DNA from: Eledone cirrhosa
Taxonomy: Eukaryota
Length of the DNA stretch: 64,000 nucleotides
Assembly: GCA_964016885.1 (NCBI GenBank)
Contig: OZ024762.1
Location: forward strand, 28,954,001-29,018,000
Reading direction: 5' to 3'
Shown piece after piece: positions 37,610-51,639 of this stretch (position 1 is the first letter of the stretch; each line of letters begins with the position of its first letter). The notes beneath the pieces were generated by a model. It did not search any database and was not told the DNA's origin. It saw nothing but the letters and a program-made list of their open reading frames with translations. The position numbers were made by a program, and so were the translations under genes.

Positions 37610-39729
37610 TATAGAAGAATAAATGGGAGAAAGACAGTCTCCCCCACATCGAACCAATAGAGGGACCAGCAGTGTTAGTCGAAGGTAGTATAATAAGTAA
37701 GGCAATCAAAAACATGAAGACGGGTAAGGCGGCTGGGCCTTCAGAAATAGTTGCTGAAACGCTGAAAGCTTCTGGAACGGTGGGACACACCATGGTCACC
37801 CGGATAGTAAACCAAATCATACAGAATGAGGTTGTTCCGAAGGACTGGCGTAGCAGCATCATCATTAACTGCTACAAGGGTAAAGGAGATGCCCTAGATA
37901 GGAGTAACTATAGAGGCATTAAATTAATCGACAAGGTCATGAAGGTCACAGAAAAAGTATTGGCGCAACTAATCAGAGAGAGAATTGATCTAGATGAAAT
38001 GCAGTTCGGGTTTGTGTCAGGTAAAAGTACCACAGACGCTCTTTTCATTGTACGACAACTACAGGAGAAGTACCTAGCTAAAAGTAAACCCCCTGTACTT
38101 AGCTTTTGTCGACTTGGAGAAAGCCTTCGACAGAGTTCCCCGTTCCATTATCTGGTGGGCTCTTAGAAAACTCGGTGTTGATGAATGGCTTGTGAGAGCT
38201 ATACAAGCCATGTATAAAGAAACAGTTAGCAAGGTTAGAATTAACAATGAATATAGTGAAGAGTTTAGCATAAAAGTTGGTGTCCATCAAGGCTCTGTTC
38301 TTAGCCCCCTACTATTTATTATTGCCCTTCAGGCTATAACAGAGGAGTTCAAGACCGGCTACCGATGGGAACTCCTATACGCAGATGATCTAACGCTCAT
38401 AGCTGAATCAATGGCCGAACTAGAGAAGAAATTTCAAACATGGAAGCATGGCCTAGAATCAAAAGGCCTTAAAATTAACCTGTCTAAGACTAAAGTTCTA
38501 GTTTGTAAGAAAGAAAATAAGGCGGCGGTCCCTTCCGGGAAGTGGCCATGCTCAGTGTGTAGGAAAGGCGTAGGTAGAACCTCCATTTTATGTCCCAAAT
38601 GCAAAGTATGGGTGCATAAAAGATGTAGTGGGATCACAGGTAAGCTAACTAAGAACATAGATTTTACATGTGACCAGTGCTCTGGTGCAATAAGTAGCAG
38701 CAAGTGCCCACAAAATACTAGTTCTTTCAATTGCGCAGATGGTTCTATAGAAATAGTGGACAGCTTCCGTTACCTGGGTGACAAAATCAGCAGTGGGGGA
38801 GGGTGCTCTGAAAGTACAGTAGCTAGAGTCAGAACTGGATGGAAAAAGTTCAGAGAGCTTATACCAATATTAGCCGCTAAAGGGTTCTCCCTAAAAATGA
38901 AAGGCAGGCTGTATGATGCCTGCATACGAACAGCAATGTTGCATGGCAGTGAGACCTGGGCATTATGTGCAGAGGATATACGCAGACTAGAGAGGAATGA
39001 AGCTTGCATGCTCCGCTGGATGTGTAATAGTAATATACGTGAACGGCAAAGCATAAACGAACTAAGGAAAAAATTAGAAATAAGAGGGATCAGATGTTGT
39101 TTACTCGAGAGAAGGCTACGTTGGTATGGTCACGTGATGCGCATGAAAGACGACAGCTGTATAACAAAGTGCAGGGCAATAAAGATAGACGGTAGCCACG
39201 GAGTAGGCAGACCCAGAAAAACCTGGGACGAGCTGATAAATTCCGACCTCACACACTTACACCTCTCCAAGACAGTGTCACTGGACCGAGACCTTTGGCG
39301 GTACTCAGTAATAGAGAAGACCTGCCTTGCTTATGTACAAAGTGAAACCTACTACAGTCAGTAGGCATATCTAACAAGATGCACCCCCGTCCCACCACCC
39401 CCACCCCATCCACACCGCCCCTTTCCATGTAAAGTTATGTTGGTGCCACAACATCCAGGCCGAAACAAATGAGATCGTGTAGGTGTCACGACAAAAAAAC
39501 ACACAGTCCACGCTGTAATGTGGCCGTGTAGGCAACACGGTAAAAACCTCCCAGCCCCGCACTGTAAATGCGGTTGGTGTTAGGAAGGGCATCCAGCTGT
39601 AGAAAACCCGCCAGACAGTCCTATGCGAGCAATGACAACCACTCTTGCCTCAAGTGGGAAAACTCCCGTCCAAACCCATGCAAGCGTGGAACATGGACGT
39701 TAAACGATGATGATGATGATGATGATGAT
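37610..39729 (+). mobile_element. 5'-truncated RTE LINE (copy 3) with one frameshift near 38090
   Basis: GKAAGPS, SNYRGIKL, QFGF, DLEKAFDRV, YADD, Cys-rich insert, stop at 39364, 3'UTR and (GAT)n tail. Confidence 0.93.
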
Positions 39730-40282
39730 ATATATATATAACTCTTATCTTATTGAGCCCTCTCCAGATTTTGGTGTTTGTATTTATTATTAACTACTCT
39801 CTCACTTCTCTCTCTCTCTATGGCTTAGTGGTTAGAGCATTGGCCTTGCAATCGAAAGGTTGTGAGTTCAATTCTCAAACTGGGTGATGTGTTGTTTCCT
39901 TGAGCAAGACACTTTATTTCACATTGCTCCAGTTTACTCAGCTGTAGAAATGAGATGATAGGGATTGCGGTCCCTATCATTCCACTGCAAAGTGGTCGTG
40001 GAGGTGCCACAGCAAAAAAGCACCCAGCACTCACTGTAAATGAGGTTGGTGTTAGGAAGGACATCCAGCTGTAGAAATCAAGCCAGAATCAGTTTCCGTC
40101 CCACCCTCGCAACCAGGGAAAAGTGGACGTAAAATGATGATGATGATGATGATGATACATATATATATATGTATATATATACATAAAACTCTTATCTTAT
40201 TGAGCCCTCTCTAGGTTTTGGTCTTTGTATTTATTATTAACTACTCTCTCTCTCTTCTCTCTCTTCTCTCTCTCTCTCTCTG

Positions 40283-40314
<32 letters not shown>

Positions 40315-40529
40315 GTGCTGCTGCTGCTGACATACTTAATGATAAAGAAGAAGATATACATTTCATTTTTTAATATTTTCTTTAATGTTTTCTTACAGTG
40401 TCACATGAAGCAATTTCTCTGGTCTCACATTTTCAAAATTCAAATAATGTCTACCATGTAAAATATGAAAATATCAGAAATTAATGTGAATTATTAAATA
40501 TATTTAGACTTCCATATTTTTATTTTCAG

Positions 40530-40667
40530 TCTGTAAAACAGGTAAATTTGGAGCCAACTGTAAATACACATGTCACTGCGCAGATAACAGCAGGTGTAAC
40601 AAAGAGACAGGTGTGTGTTCAGGTGGAGGATGTGCTGCTGGTTATGAAGGTAGCAACTGTCAAACAG
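40530..40667 (+). CDS. EGF-like exon 7 (138 bp)
   Basis: TATTTTCAG| ... CAG|GTAAGT; CKTGKFGANCKYTCHCADNSRCNKETGVCSGGGCAAGYEGSNCQT. Confidence 0.92.
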
Positions 40668-41394
40668 GTAAGTACTGTAGTACAGATTTGTTTCTACCTT
40701 GATATATGAAACAAAACAACAGCAGGTGTAAAAAAACAGACAGAGACAGGTGTGTTGCTGGTTATGATGATATAGATATAATACAGATGATATAGATATA
40801 ATACAGATGATATAGATATAATACAGATGATATAGATATAATACAGATGATATAGATATCATATAGGTTGTAGAGATATAGTATAGATGATATCACTATA
40901 TCATAGATGACAACACTATAATATCATCATCATCTTCGTTTAACGTCCATCTTCCACACCAGCATGGGTTAGACTCATCATCATTTTACGTCCACTTTTC
41001 CCTGGTTGCGAGGGTGGGACGGAAACTGATTCTGGCTTGATTTCTACAGCTGGATGTCCTTCCTAACACCAACCTTATTTTCAGTGAGTACTGGGTGCAT
41101 TCTTGGCACCTCCACGACCAGTTTGCAGTGGAATGATAGGGACCCCAGTCCCTATCATCTCATTTCTACAGCTGAGTAAACTGGAGCAATGTGAAATAAA
41201 GTGTCTTGCTCAAGGAAACAACACATCACCCGGTCTGAGAATTGAACTCACAACCTTTCGATTGCAAGGCCAATGCTCTAACCATTAAGCTATGTGCCAC
41301 CATATATATAGATGATATAATTATGATATTTATTATCTTGTATAGTGTTATATGTTGCTATAATTGTCATTGTTCTCATATTTAATACCCACAG

Positions 41395-41531
41395 TCTGTA
41401 AACAGGTAAATTTGGACCCAACTGTAAATACACATGACACTGTGCTGATAACAGCAGGTGTAACAAAGAGACAGGTGTGTGTTCTAGTGGAGGATGTGCT
41501 GTTGGTTATGAAGGTAGCAACTGTCAGACAG
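41395..41531 (+). pseudogene. Damaged EGF exon copy (137 bp)
   Basis: Splice sites intact, but 1-bp deletion (TGTAAACAGG vs TGTAAAACAGG) and TGT>TGA at a conserved Cys. Confidence 0.85.
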
Positions 41532-41694
41532 GTAAGTGGTGTAGTATAGCTTTGTTTCTAACTTAATATATTGGGTTATTACATGGAAGGGAAACATGTA
41601 TGCTACATGTGTTAGAAGTGACATGATTTATCGGAGCAAGGAGCTGTCCTTCGACCGCATACTCATGCAGAACATTCCATATTTTTATTTTCAG

Positions 41695-41849
41695 GGTGTA
41701 AAACAGGTAAATTTGGACCTAACTGTAAACACACATGTCACTGTACTAACAACAGCAGGTGTAACAAACAGCTAGATGTAACACAGAGACAGGTGTGTGT
41801 TCCAGTGAAGTGTGTGGTGATGGTTATGAAGATAGCAACTGTAAGACAG
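41695..41849 (+). pseudogene. Damaged EGF exon copy (155 bp)
   Basis: Acceptor TTTTCAG; CKTGKFGPNCKHTCHCTNNSRCNKQ then a 17-bp internal duplication shifts the frame; donor replaced by GTGTGT. Confidence 0.8.
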
Positions 41850-41899
41850 GTGTGTTACAGTAGAGGGTGTGGTGCTGGTTATGAAGAAGTGGTACATAG

Positions 41900-42570
41900 T
41901 TTCTGTTACTTGCAGTGGAGGAAGGTGTTCTGAAAGCACAGTAGCCAGTGTGAGAATGGGTTGAAGAAAGTTCAGTGAGCTACTAAATCCCCACCCCTCA
42001 CCCATGCCCCTAAATCTACCTCCTCAATACCCATGCAACTGCCCTACTCAAGTCCCCAGTCCACGCTGTAAAGTGGTTGTGATAGTGCCACAACGAAAAT
42101 GCCCAGCCCACACTATAAAGTGGTCATGTTGGTGACACAAAATGTGCCCAGCCCTCATTGTAAAGTGGTTGTGACAGTGCCACAACAAAATGTGCCCAGC
42201 CCACACTATAAAGTGCTTGTGATAGTGCCACAACAAAAAGTGCCTAGCCCACACTATAAAGTGCTTGTGATAGTGCCACAACAAAAAGTGCCCAGCACAC
42301 ACTGTAAAATGGTTGTGATAATGCCACAACAAAAAGTGCTCAGCTCTCATTGTAAAGTGGCCAAGTTGGTGACACAACAAAAAGTGCCCAGTCCACACTG
42401 TAAAGTGGTTGGCATTTGGAAGGGCATCCAGCCATCAAAACCAATCCCAAATCAGTTCTGCATAAGCAAGACATGGCCATCTGACCCAACTTTTCTCACA
42501 ATGGGACAGTATATCTAACCCATGCTAGCATAGAAAATGGACATTAAATGGTAATGATGAGGATGATGAT
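41900..42570 (+). mobile_element. Deleted RTE remnant whose 3'UTR contains a 45-48-bp tandem repeat (~42055-42410)
   Basis: 41913-41985 matches the SGGGCSEST...WKKF coding segment; CCCAGCCCACACTATAAAGTG... repeated about 7 times; GGACATTAAATGGTAATGATGA tail. Confidence 0.7.
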
Positions 42571-42632
42571 TATCTTGTATAGTGTTATATGTTGTTGTTG
42601 TTGTCATTGTTCTCATATTTTTATTTCCACAG

Positions 42633-42770
42633 TCTGTAGAAATGGTATATTTGGAGCCAACTGTGGCAACACATGTCACTGTGTTGACAACAGTAAATGT
42701 AACAAACAGTCAGGTATGTGTTCTAGTGGAGGATGTACTGCTGGTTATGAAGGTAGCAACTGTCAGACAG
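42633..42770 (+). CDS. EGF-like exon 8 (138 bp)
   Basis: TTTCCACAG| ... CAG|GTAAGT; CRNGIFGANCGNTCHCVDNSKCNKQSGMCSSGGCTAGYEGSNCQT. Confidence 0.93.
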
Positions 42771-43054
42771 GTAAGTGGTGTAGTATAGCTTTGTTTATAA
42801 CTTAATATAGTGGGTCAAGACAACAGCAGGTGTAACATACAGAGAGGTGTAACAAACAGCGAGATGTAACACAGAGACAGGTGTGTGTTCCAATGAAGTG
42901 TGTTGTGTAGTATAGCTTAGTCTGTAGCTTAATATATTGAAACAAAACAACATCAGGTGTAACATAGAGACAGGTGTATGTTCTAGTGGAGGATGTGCTG
43001 CTGGTTATGAAGCTGGCAACTGTCAGAGAGTTAAGTAGTATAGTAATTAAACTT

Positions 43055-44175
43055 TCTATTACCATATTTCTAATGAAAGACACTGTATATGTCATTAACC
43101 CTTTCATTACCATATTTCTAATGAAAGACACTATATATGTCATTAACCCTTTCATTACCATATATCTAATGAAAGACACTGTCTATGTCATTAACCCTTT
43201 CATTACCATATTTCTAATGAAAGACACTACCTATGTCATTAACCCTTTCATTACCATATTTCTAATGAAAGACACTACCTATGTCATTAACCCTTTCATT
43301 ACCATATATCTAATGAAAGACACTGTATATGTCATTAACCCTTTCATTACAATATTTCTAATGAAAGACACTGTCTATGTCATTAACCCTTTCATTACCA
43401 TATATCTAATGAAAGACACTGTATATGTCATTAACCCTTTCATTACCATATTTCTAGTGAAAGACACTGTATATGGCATTAACCCTTTCATTACCATATT
43501 TCTAGTGAAAGACACTGTCTATGTCATTAACCCTTTCATTACCATATTTCTAATGAAGGACACTATATATGTCATTAACCCTTTCATTACCATATTTCTA
43601 ATGAAGGACACTGTCTATGTCATTAACCCTTTCATTACCATATATCTAATGAAAGACACTGTATATGTCATTCACCCTTTCATTACCATATATCTAATGA
43701 AAGATACTGTCTATGTCATTAACCCTTTCATTACCATATTTCTAATGAAAGACACTCTATGTCATTAACCCTTTCATTACCATATTTCTAATGAAAGACA
43801 CTGTCTATGTCATTAACCCTTTCATTACCATATTTCTAATGAAGGACACTGTATATGTCATTAACCCTTTCATTACCATATTTCTAATGAAGGACACTGT
43901 CTATGTCATTAACCCTTTCATTACCATATATCTAATGAAAGACACTGTATATGTCATTCACCCTTTCATTACCATATATCTAATGAAAGATACTGTCTAT
44001 GTCATTAACCCTTTCATTACCATATTTCTAATGAAAGACACTCTATGTCATTAAGCCTTTCATTACCATATTTCTAATGAAAGACACTGCCTGTGTCATT
44101 AACCCTTTCATTACCATATATCTAATGAAAGACACTGTCTATGTCATTAACCCTTTCATTACCATATTTCTAATA
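43055..44175. repeat. 48-bp minisatellite, ~23 copies
   Basis: GTCATTAACCCTTTCATTACCATATTTCTAATGAAAGACACTGTCTAT. Confidence 0.95.
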
Positions 44176-44541
44176 AGGTAAGTAATGTAGCATAACTTTG
44201 TTGTAGCATAATATATTGAAACAAAACAACAGCAGGTGTAACTTAGAGACAGGTGTGTGTTCCTATTGAAAGTGTGACATCGCAACTCATTTCTATAGCT
44301 GAGTATCTTGAGCAACATGAAATAAAGTGAGTTGTACAAGAACACAAAACACAGCAAGATTCAGGCATCGAACTCACAACTTTATGATTGTAAGCCTGAC
44401 GCTCTTACCACTAATCCTTGCGCCTTCAATAGATATAATATAGAGGAATAGATATAGTATAGCTATAGATATAATATAGGTTGTAGGGATAGAGTACAGA
44501 TGATATAGATATAAAATAGTTGATATCACTATAGTATAGAT

Positions 44542-46450
44542 TAGGGGTCATTAAATCCCTGGCCCATAGGCCACATCTGGCCCACGGGCCACATCTGACC
44601 TGCCGACAGGTTTCAATCTTAGACTAAGCAATCTCCTGAAAAAGTGTTCTGAATTATTTGGGATTAAAATACCAACTAGAGAACACGTCTAACCTCAAGA
44701 CTCACTTAACTGAACGTAATGTTTTAATGTGACAGTAAGAAACAATCAAACTCAGAGAGATAGAATAGTCAGACATCGAGGTCAAAGAGACTGTGTGTGT
44801 GTATTCGTGTATATATGTACATACATAGTATCTGTATGGCAGGGATGTGAAATGACCCAGACTTACCTAAAAATGTCAGTATGTCTGACATAGTTATTTC
44901 ATTTCATCCTCAAAATTGTTCATTTTAGTTAACTGTCTGGTAGTAAAACATCTGTAAGGGACTGTATTTGATAATAATCAATGTTTATTTATTTTTCTAT
45001 GTTAAAAGTGTTCAGTATTATTAGAAGTAAATATGTTCAATGAACAAATGGCAACCCTGGTTTAAATACACTACCAGGTGTCATGGCTTTGTCAGAGTTT
45101 ATTAAAATTGTCAGAGTATTTTATTATATTACTGCATTCATTTTTACATATGTTCTCATTACTTATTTGATATCATGGCCTGCCGACGAGACACTACATA
45201 GCAATGTGGCTTGCTGACAAGACACTACATAGCTATGTGACCTGCCGATGAGACACTGCATAGCTATGTGGCCTGCTGGTGAGACACTCCATAGCTATGT
45301 GGCCTGCTGACAAGACACTACATAGCTATGTGGCCTGCTGAGGAGACACTACATAGCAATGTGGCCTGCTGGTGAGACACTGCATAGCTATGTGTCCTGC
45401 TGACGAGACACTACATAGCTATGTGACCTGCTGGTGAGACACTGCATAGCTATGTGTCCTGCTGACAAGACACTGCATAGCTATGTGGCCTGCTGACGAG
45501 ACACTACATAGCTATGTGGCCTGCTGGTGAGACACTCTATAGCTATGTGGCCTGCTGACGAGACACTACATAGCTATGTGGCCTGCTGGTGAGACACTAC
45601 ATAGCTATGTGGCCTGCTGACGAGACACTACATAGCTATGTGGCCTGCTGGTGAGACACTGCATAGCTATGTGACCTGCTGACGAGACACTGCATAGCAA
45701 TGTGGCCTGCTGGTGAGACACTCCATAGCTATGTGGCCTGCTGGTGAGACACTGCATAGCTATGTGACCTGCTGACAAGACACTCCATAGCTATGTGGCC
45801 TGCTGACAAGACACTGCATAGCTATGTGGCCTGCTGCTGAAACACTGCATCGCTATGTGGCCTGCTGACAAGACACTGTATAGCAATGTGGCCTGCTGGT
45901 GAGACACTCCATAGCTATGTAGCCTGCTGAAAAGACACTACATAGCTACGTGGCCTGCTGGTGAGACACTCCATAGCTATGTGGCCTGCTGACAAGACAC
46001 TGTATAGCAATGTGGCCTGCTGACAAGACACTCCATAGCTATGTGGCCTGCTGACAAGACACTGTATAGCTATGTGGCCTGCTGGTGAGACACTCCATAG
46101 CTATGTGGCCTGCTGACAAGACACTGTATAGCAATGTGGCCTGCTGACAAGACACTCCATAGCAATGTGGCCTGCTGACAAGACACTACATAGCTATGTG
46201 GCCTGCTGACAAGACACTGTATAGCAATGTGGCCTGCTGACAAGACACTCCATAGCAATGTGGCCTGCTGACAAGACACTACATAGCTATGTGGCCTGCT
46301 TGACAAGACACTGTATAGCAATGTGAGCAACTGACAAGACACTTCCCAACAATGTGGCCTGCCAGTGAGACACTGCATAGCAATGTGACCTGCCTGTGTG
46401 AGACTCCATAGCAATGTGGCCCGCACACCCCAAAAGGATGCCGACTTCTG
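44542..46450. mobile_element. Non-autonomous hAT element with internal 31-bp minisatellite (~45178-46420, ~40 copies)
   Basis: TAGGGGTC ... GACTTCTG termini, GGCCC(A/G)C subterminal motifs, 8-bp TSD GTATAGAT at 44534-44541 and 46451-46458; unit TGGCCTGCTGACAAGACACTACATAGCTATG. Confidence 0.85.
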
Positions 46451-46558
46451 GTATAGATGACAACACTATAATATATATGATATAATATTGTGATATTTAT
46501 TATCTTGTATAGTGTAAATGTTGTTATAATTGTCATTGTTCTCATATTTTATTTCCAG

Positions 46559-46696
46559 TCTGTAAATCAGGTAAATTTGGAGCCAACTGTGGCAACACAT
46601 GTCACTGTGCTGACAACAGTAAATGTAACAAACAGACAGGTGTGTGTTCTAGTGGAGGATGTGCTGCTGGTTATGAAGGTAGCAACTGTCAGAGAG
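46559..46696 (+). pseudogene. EGF exon copy with intact frame but mutated donor
   Basis: ATTTCCAG acceptor; CKSGKFGANCGNTCHCADNSKCNKQTGVCSSGGCAAGYEGSNCQR; ends GAG|TTAAAT instead of CAG|GTAAGT. Confidence 0.7.
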
Positions 46697-46719
46697 TTAA
46701 ATAGTATAGTAATTAAACT

Positions 46720-47462
46720 TTCTATTACCATATATCTAATGAAAGACACTGTATATGTCATTAACCCTTTCATTACCATATTTCCAATGAAAGACACTGT
46801 CTATGTCATTAACCCTTTCATTACCATATTTCTAATGAAAGACACTGTCTATGTCATTAACCCTTTCATTACAATATTTCTAATGAAAGACACTACCTAT
46901 ATCATTAACCCTTTCATTACCATATTTCTAGTGAAAGACACTGTCTATGTCATTAACCCCTTCATTACCATATTTCTAATGAAAGACACTGTCTATGTCA
47001 TTAACCCTTTCATTACAATACTTCTAATGAAAGACACTACCTATATCATTAACCCTTTCATTACCATATTTCTAGTGAAAGACACTGTCTATGTCATTAA
47101 CCCTTTCATTACCATATTTCTACTGAAAGACACTGTCTATGTCATTAACCCTTTCATTACCATATTTCTAATGAAGGACACTGTCTATGTCATTAACCCT
47201 TTCATTACCATATTTCTAATGAAAGACACTGTATATGTCATTAACCCTTTAATTACCATATTGCCAATGAAAGACACTGTCTATGTCATTAACCCCTTCA
47301 TTATTATATTTCTAATTAAAGACACTACCTATGTTATTAACCCCTTCATTACTATATTTCTAATGAAAGACACTGTCTATGTCATTAACCCTTTCATTAC
47401 CATATTTCTAATGAAAGACACTGTCTATGTCATTAACCCTTTCATTACCATATTTCTAATAA
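46720..47462. repeat. 48-bp minisatellite, ~15 copies
   Basis: Same unit as 43055-44175. Confidence 0.95.
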
Positions 47463-47827
47463 GGTAAGTGATGTAGCATAACTTTGTTGTAGCATAATAT
47501 ATTGAAACAAATAAACAGCAGGTGTAACTTAGAGACAGGTGTGTGTTCCCATTGAAAGTGTGACATCACAACTCATTTCTATAGCTGAGTATCTTGAGCA
47601 ACATGAAATAAAGTGACTTGTTCAAGAACACAAAACACAGCAAGATTCAGGCATCGAACTCACAACTTTATGATTGTAAGCCTGACGCTCTTACCACTAA
47701 TCCTTGCGCCTTCAATAGATATAATATAGAGGAATAGATATAGTACAGCTATAGATATAATATAGGTTGTAGGGATATAGTACAGATGATATAGATATAA
47801 AATAGTTGATATCACTATAGTATAGAT

Positions 47828-50800
47828 TAGGGGTCATTAAATCCCTGGCCCGTGGGAACATCTAGCCCGCGGGCCACATCTGGCCTGCCGACAGGTTTCA
47901 ATCTTAGACTAAGCGATCCCTGAAAAAGTGTTCTGAATTATTTGGGATTAAAATACCAACTAGAGAACACGTCTAACCTCAAGACTCACTTAACTGAACG
48001 TAATGTTTTAATGTGACAGTAAGAAACAATCAAACTCAGAGAGATAGAATAGTCAGACATCGAGGTCAAAGGGACTGTGTGTGTGTATTCATGTATATAT
48101 GTACATACATAGTATCTGTATGGCAGTGATGTGAAATGACCCAGACTTACCTAAAAAAGTCAGTATGTCTGACATAGTTATTTCATTTCATCCTCAAAAT
48201 TGTTCATTTTAGTTAACTGTCTGGTAGCAAAATATCTGTAAGGGTTTGTATTTGATAATAATCAATGTTTATTTATTTTTCTATGTTAAAAGTGTTCAGT
48301 ATTATTAGAAGTAAATATGTTCAATGAACAAATGGCAACCCTGGTTTAAATACACTGTCAGGTGTCATGGCTTTGTCAGAGTTTATTAAAAATGTCAGAG
48401 TATTTTATTATATTACTGCATTCATTTTTACATATGTTCTCATTACTTATTTGATATCATGGCCTGCCGACGAGACACTACATAGTTATGTGACTTGCTG
48501 ACGAGACACTACATAGCTATGTGGCCTGCTGACAAGACACTACATAGCTATGTGGCCTGCTGACAAAACACTACATAGCTATGTGGCTTGCTGACAAGAC
48601 ACTACATAGCTATGTGGCCTGCTGACGAGACACTGCATAGCTATGTGGCCTGCTGACAAGACACTACATAGCTATGTGGCCTGCTGGTGAGACACTCCAT
48701 AGCTATGTGGCCTGCTGGTGAGACACTACATAGCTATGTGGCCTGCTGGTGAGACACTGCATAGCTATGTGGCCTGCTGGTGAGACACTGCATAGCTATG
48801 TGGCCTGCTGGTGAGACAATGCATAGCTATGTGGCCTGCTGACAAGACACTGCATAGCAATGTGGCCTGCTGACAAGACACTGCATAGCAATGTGGCCTG
48901 CTGGTGAGACACTGCATAGCTATGTGGCCTGCTGGTGAGACACTCCATAGCAATGTGGCCTGTTGGTGAGACACTCCATAGCAATGTGGCCTGCTGACAA
49001 GACACTACATAGCTATGTGGCCTGCTGGTGAGACACTCCATAGCTATGTGATCTGCTGGTGAGACACTCCATAGCTATGTGGCCTACTGGTGAGACACTA
49101 CATAGCAATGTGGCCTGCTGGTGAGACACTACATAGCAATGTGGCCTGCTGGTGAGACACTCCATAGCAATGTGGCCTGCTGACAAGACACTACATAGCT
49201 ATGTGGCCTGCTGGTGAGACACTCCATAGCTATATGATCTGGTGGTGAGACACTCCATAGCTATGTGGCCTGCTGGTGAGACACTGCATAGCTATGTGGC
49301 CTGCTGACAAGACACTGCATAGCTATGTGGCCTGCTGGTGAGACACTGCATAGCTATGTGGCCTGCTGGTGAGACACTCCATAGCTATGTGGCCTGCTGA
49401 CAAGACACTGCATAGCAATGTGGCCTGCTGACAAGACACTACATAGCTATGTGGCCTGCTGGTGAGAAACTGCATAGCAATATGGCCTGCTGACAAGACA
49501 CTACATAGCAATGTGGCCTGCTGGTGAGACACTACATAGCAATGCGGCCTGCTGGTGAGACACTGTATAGCTATGTGGCCTGCTGACAAGACACTACATA
49601 GCTATGTGGCCTGCTGGTGAGACACTCCATAGCTATGTGGCCTGCTGACAAGACACTGCATAGCAATGTGGCCTGCTGGTGAGACACTGCATAGCAATGT
49701 GGCCTGCTGGTGAGACACTGCATAGCAATGTGGCCTGCTGACAAGACACTACATAGCTATGTGGACTGCTGGTGAGAAACTGCATAGCAATATGGCCTGC
49801 TGACAAGACACTCTATAGCAATGTGGCCTGCTGACAAGACACTGTATAGCTATGTGGCCTGCTGACAAGACACTACATAGCTATGTGGACTGCTGGTGAG
49901 AAACTGCATAGCAATATGGCCTGCTGACAAGACACTCTATAGCAATGTGGCCTGCTGACAAGACACTGTATAGCTATGTGGCCTGCTGACAAGACACTGC
50001 ATAGCTATGTGGCCTGCTGGTGAGACACTCCATAGCTATGTGGCCTGCTGACAAGACATTCCATAGCTATGTGGCCTGCTGGTGAGACACTCCATAGCAA
50101 TATGGCCTGCTGACAAGACACTGTATAGCTATGTGGCCTGCTGACAAGACACTGTATAGCTATGTGGCCTGCTGGTGAGACACTCCATAGCTATGTGGCC
50201 TGCTGACAGGACACTGTATAGCTATGTGGCCTGCTGACAAGACACTGTATAGCTATGTGGCCTGCTGGTGAGACACTCCATAGCTATGTGGCCTGCTGAC
50301 AAGACACTGTATTGCAATGTGAGCAACTGACAAGACACTTCGTAACAATGTGGCCTGCTGGTGAGACACTGCATAGCTATGTGGCCTGCTCGTGAGACAC
50401 TGCATAGCTATGTGGCCTGCTGGTGAGACACTGCATAGCTATGTGGCCTGCCGACAAGACACTCCATAGCTATGTGGCCTGCTGACGAGACACTGCATAG
50501 CTATGTGGCCTGCTGGTGAGACACTACATAGCAATATGGCCTGCTGGTGAGACACTGCATAGCTATGTGGCCTGCTGACAAGACACTGCATAGCTATGTG
50601 GCCTGCTGGTGAGACACTGCATAGCTATGTGGCCTGCTGGTGAGACACTGCATAGCTATGTGGCCTGCTGGTGAGACACTGCATAGCTATGTGGCCTGCT
50701 GGTGAGACACTCCATAGCTATGTGGCCTGCTGACAAGACACTGCATAGCAATGTGGCCTGCTGACAAGACACTACATAGCTATGTGGCCTGCTGGTGAGA

Positions 50801-51531
50801 AACTGCATAGCAATATGGCCTGCTGACAAGACACTACATAGCAATGTGGCCTGCTGGTGAGACACTACATAGCAATGTGGCCTGCTGGTGAGACACTGCA
50901 TAGCAATGTGGCCTGCTGGTGAGACACTCCATAGCTATGTGGCCTGCTGACAAGACACTGCATAGCAATATGGCCTGCTGACAAGACACTGTATAGCTAT
51001 GTGGCCTGCTGGTGAGACACTACATAGCTATGTGGCCTGCTGGTGAGACACTGCATAGCAATGTGGCCTGCTGGTGAGACACTCCATAGCTATGTGGCCT
51101 GCTGACAAGACACTCTATAGCAATGTGGCCTGCTGACAAGACACTGCATAGCAATGTGGCCTGCTGACAAGACACTGCATAGCTATGTGGCCTGCTGGCG
51201 AGACACTCCATAGCTATGTGGCCTGCTGACAAGACACTCCATAGCTATGTGGCCTGCTGGTGAGACACTCCATAGCAATATGGCCTGCTGACAAGACACT
51301 GTATAGCTATGTGGCCTGCTGACAAGACACTGTATAGCAATGTGGCCTGCTGGTGAGACACTCCATAGCTATGTGGCCTGCTGACAAGACACTGTATAAC
51401 AATGTGAGCAACTGACAAGACACTTCGTAACAACGTGGCCTGCCAGTGAGACACTGCATAGAAATGTGGCCTGCCTGTGTGACACTCCATAGCAATGTGG
51501 CCCGCACACCCCAAAAGGATGCCGACCTCTG
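47828..51531. mobile_element. Second copy of the hAT element; 31-bp array expanded (~48460-51500, ~98 copies)
   Basis: Same termini and same TSD GTATAGAT (47820-47827, 51532-51539). Confidence 0.85.
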
Positions 51532-51639
51532 GTATAGATGACAACACTATAATATAGATGATATAATATTGTGATATTTATTATCTTGTATAGTGTAAAT
51601 GTTGTTATAATTGTCATTGTTCTCATATTTTATTTCCAG

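Noticed and set aside
45178-51500. 31-bp (and 28-bp) arrays as CRISPR repeats
   Set aside because: Units abut without unique spacers, there are no cas genes, and the context is a eukaryotic intron.
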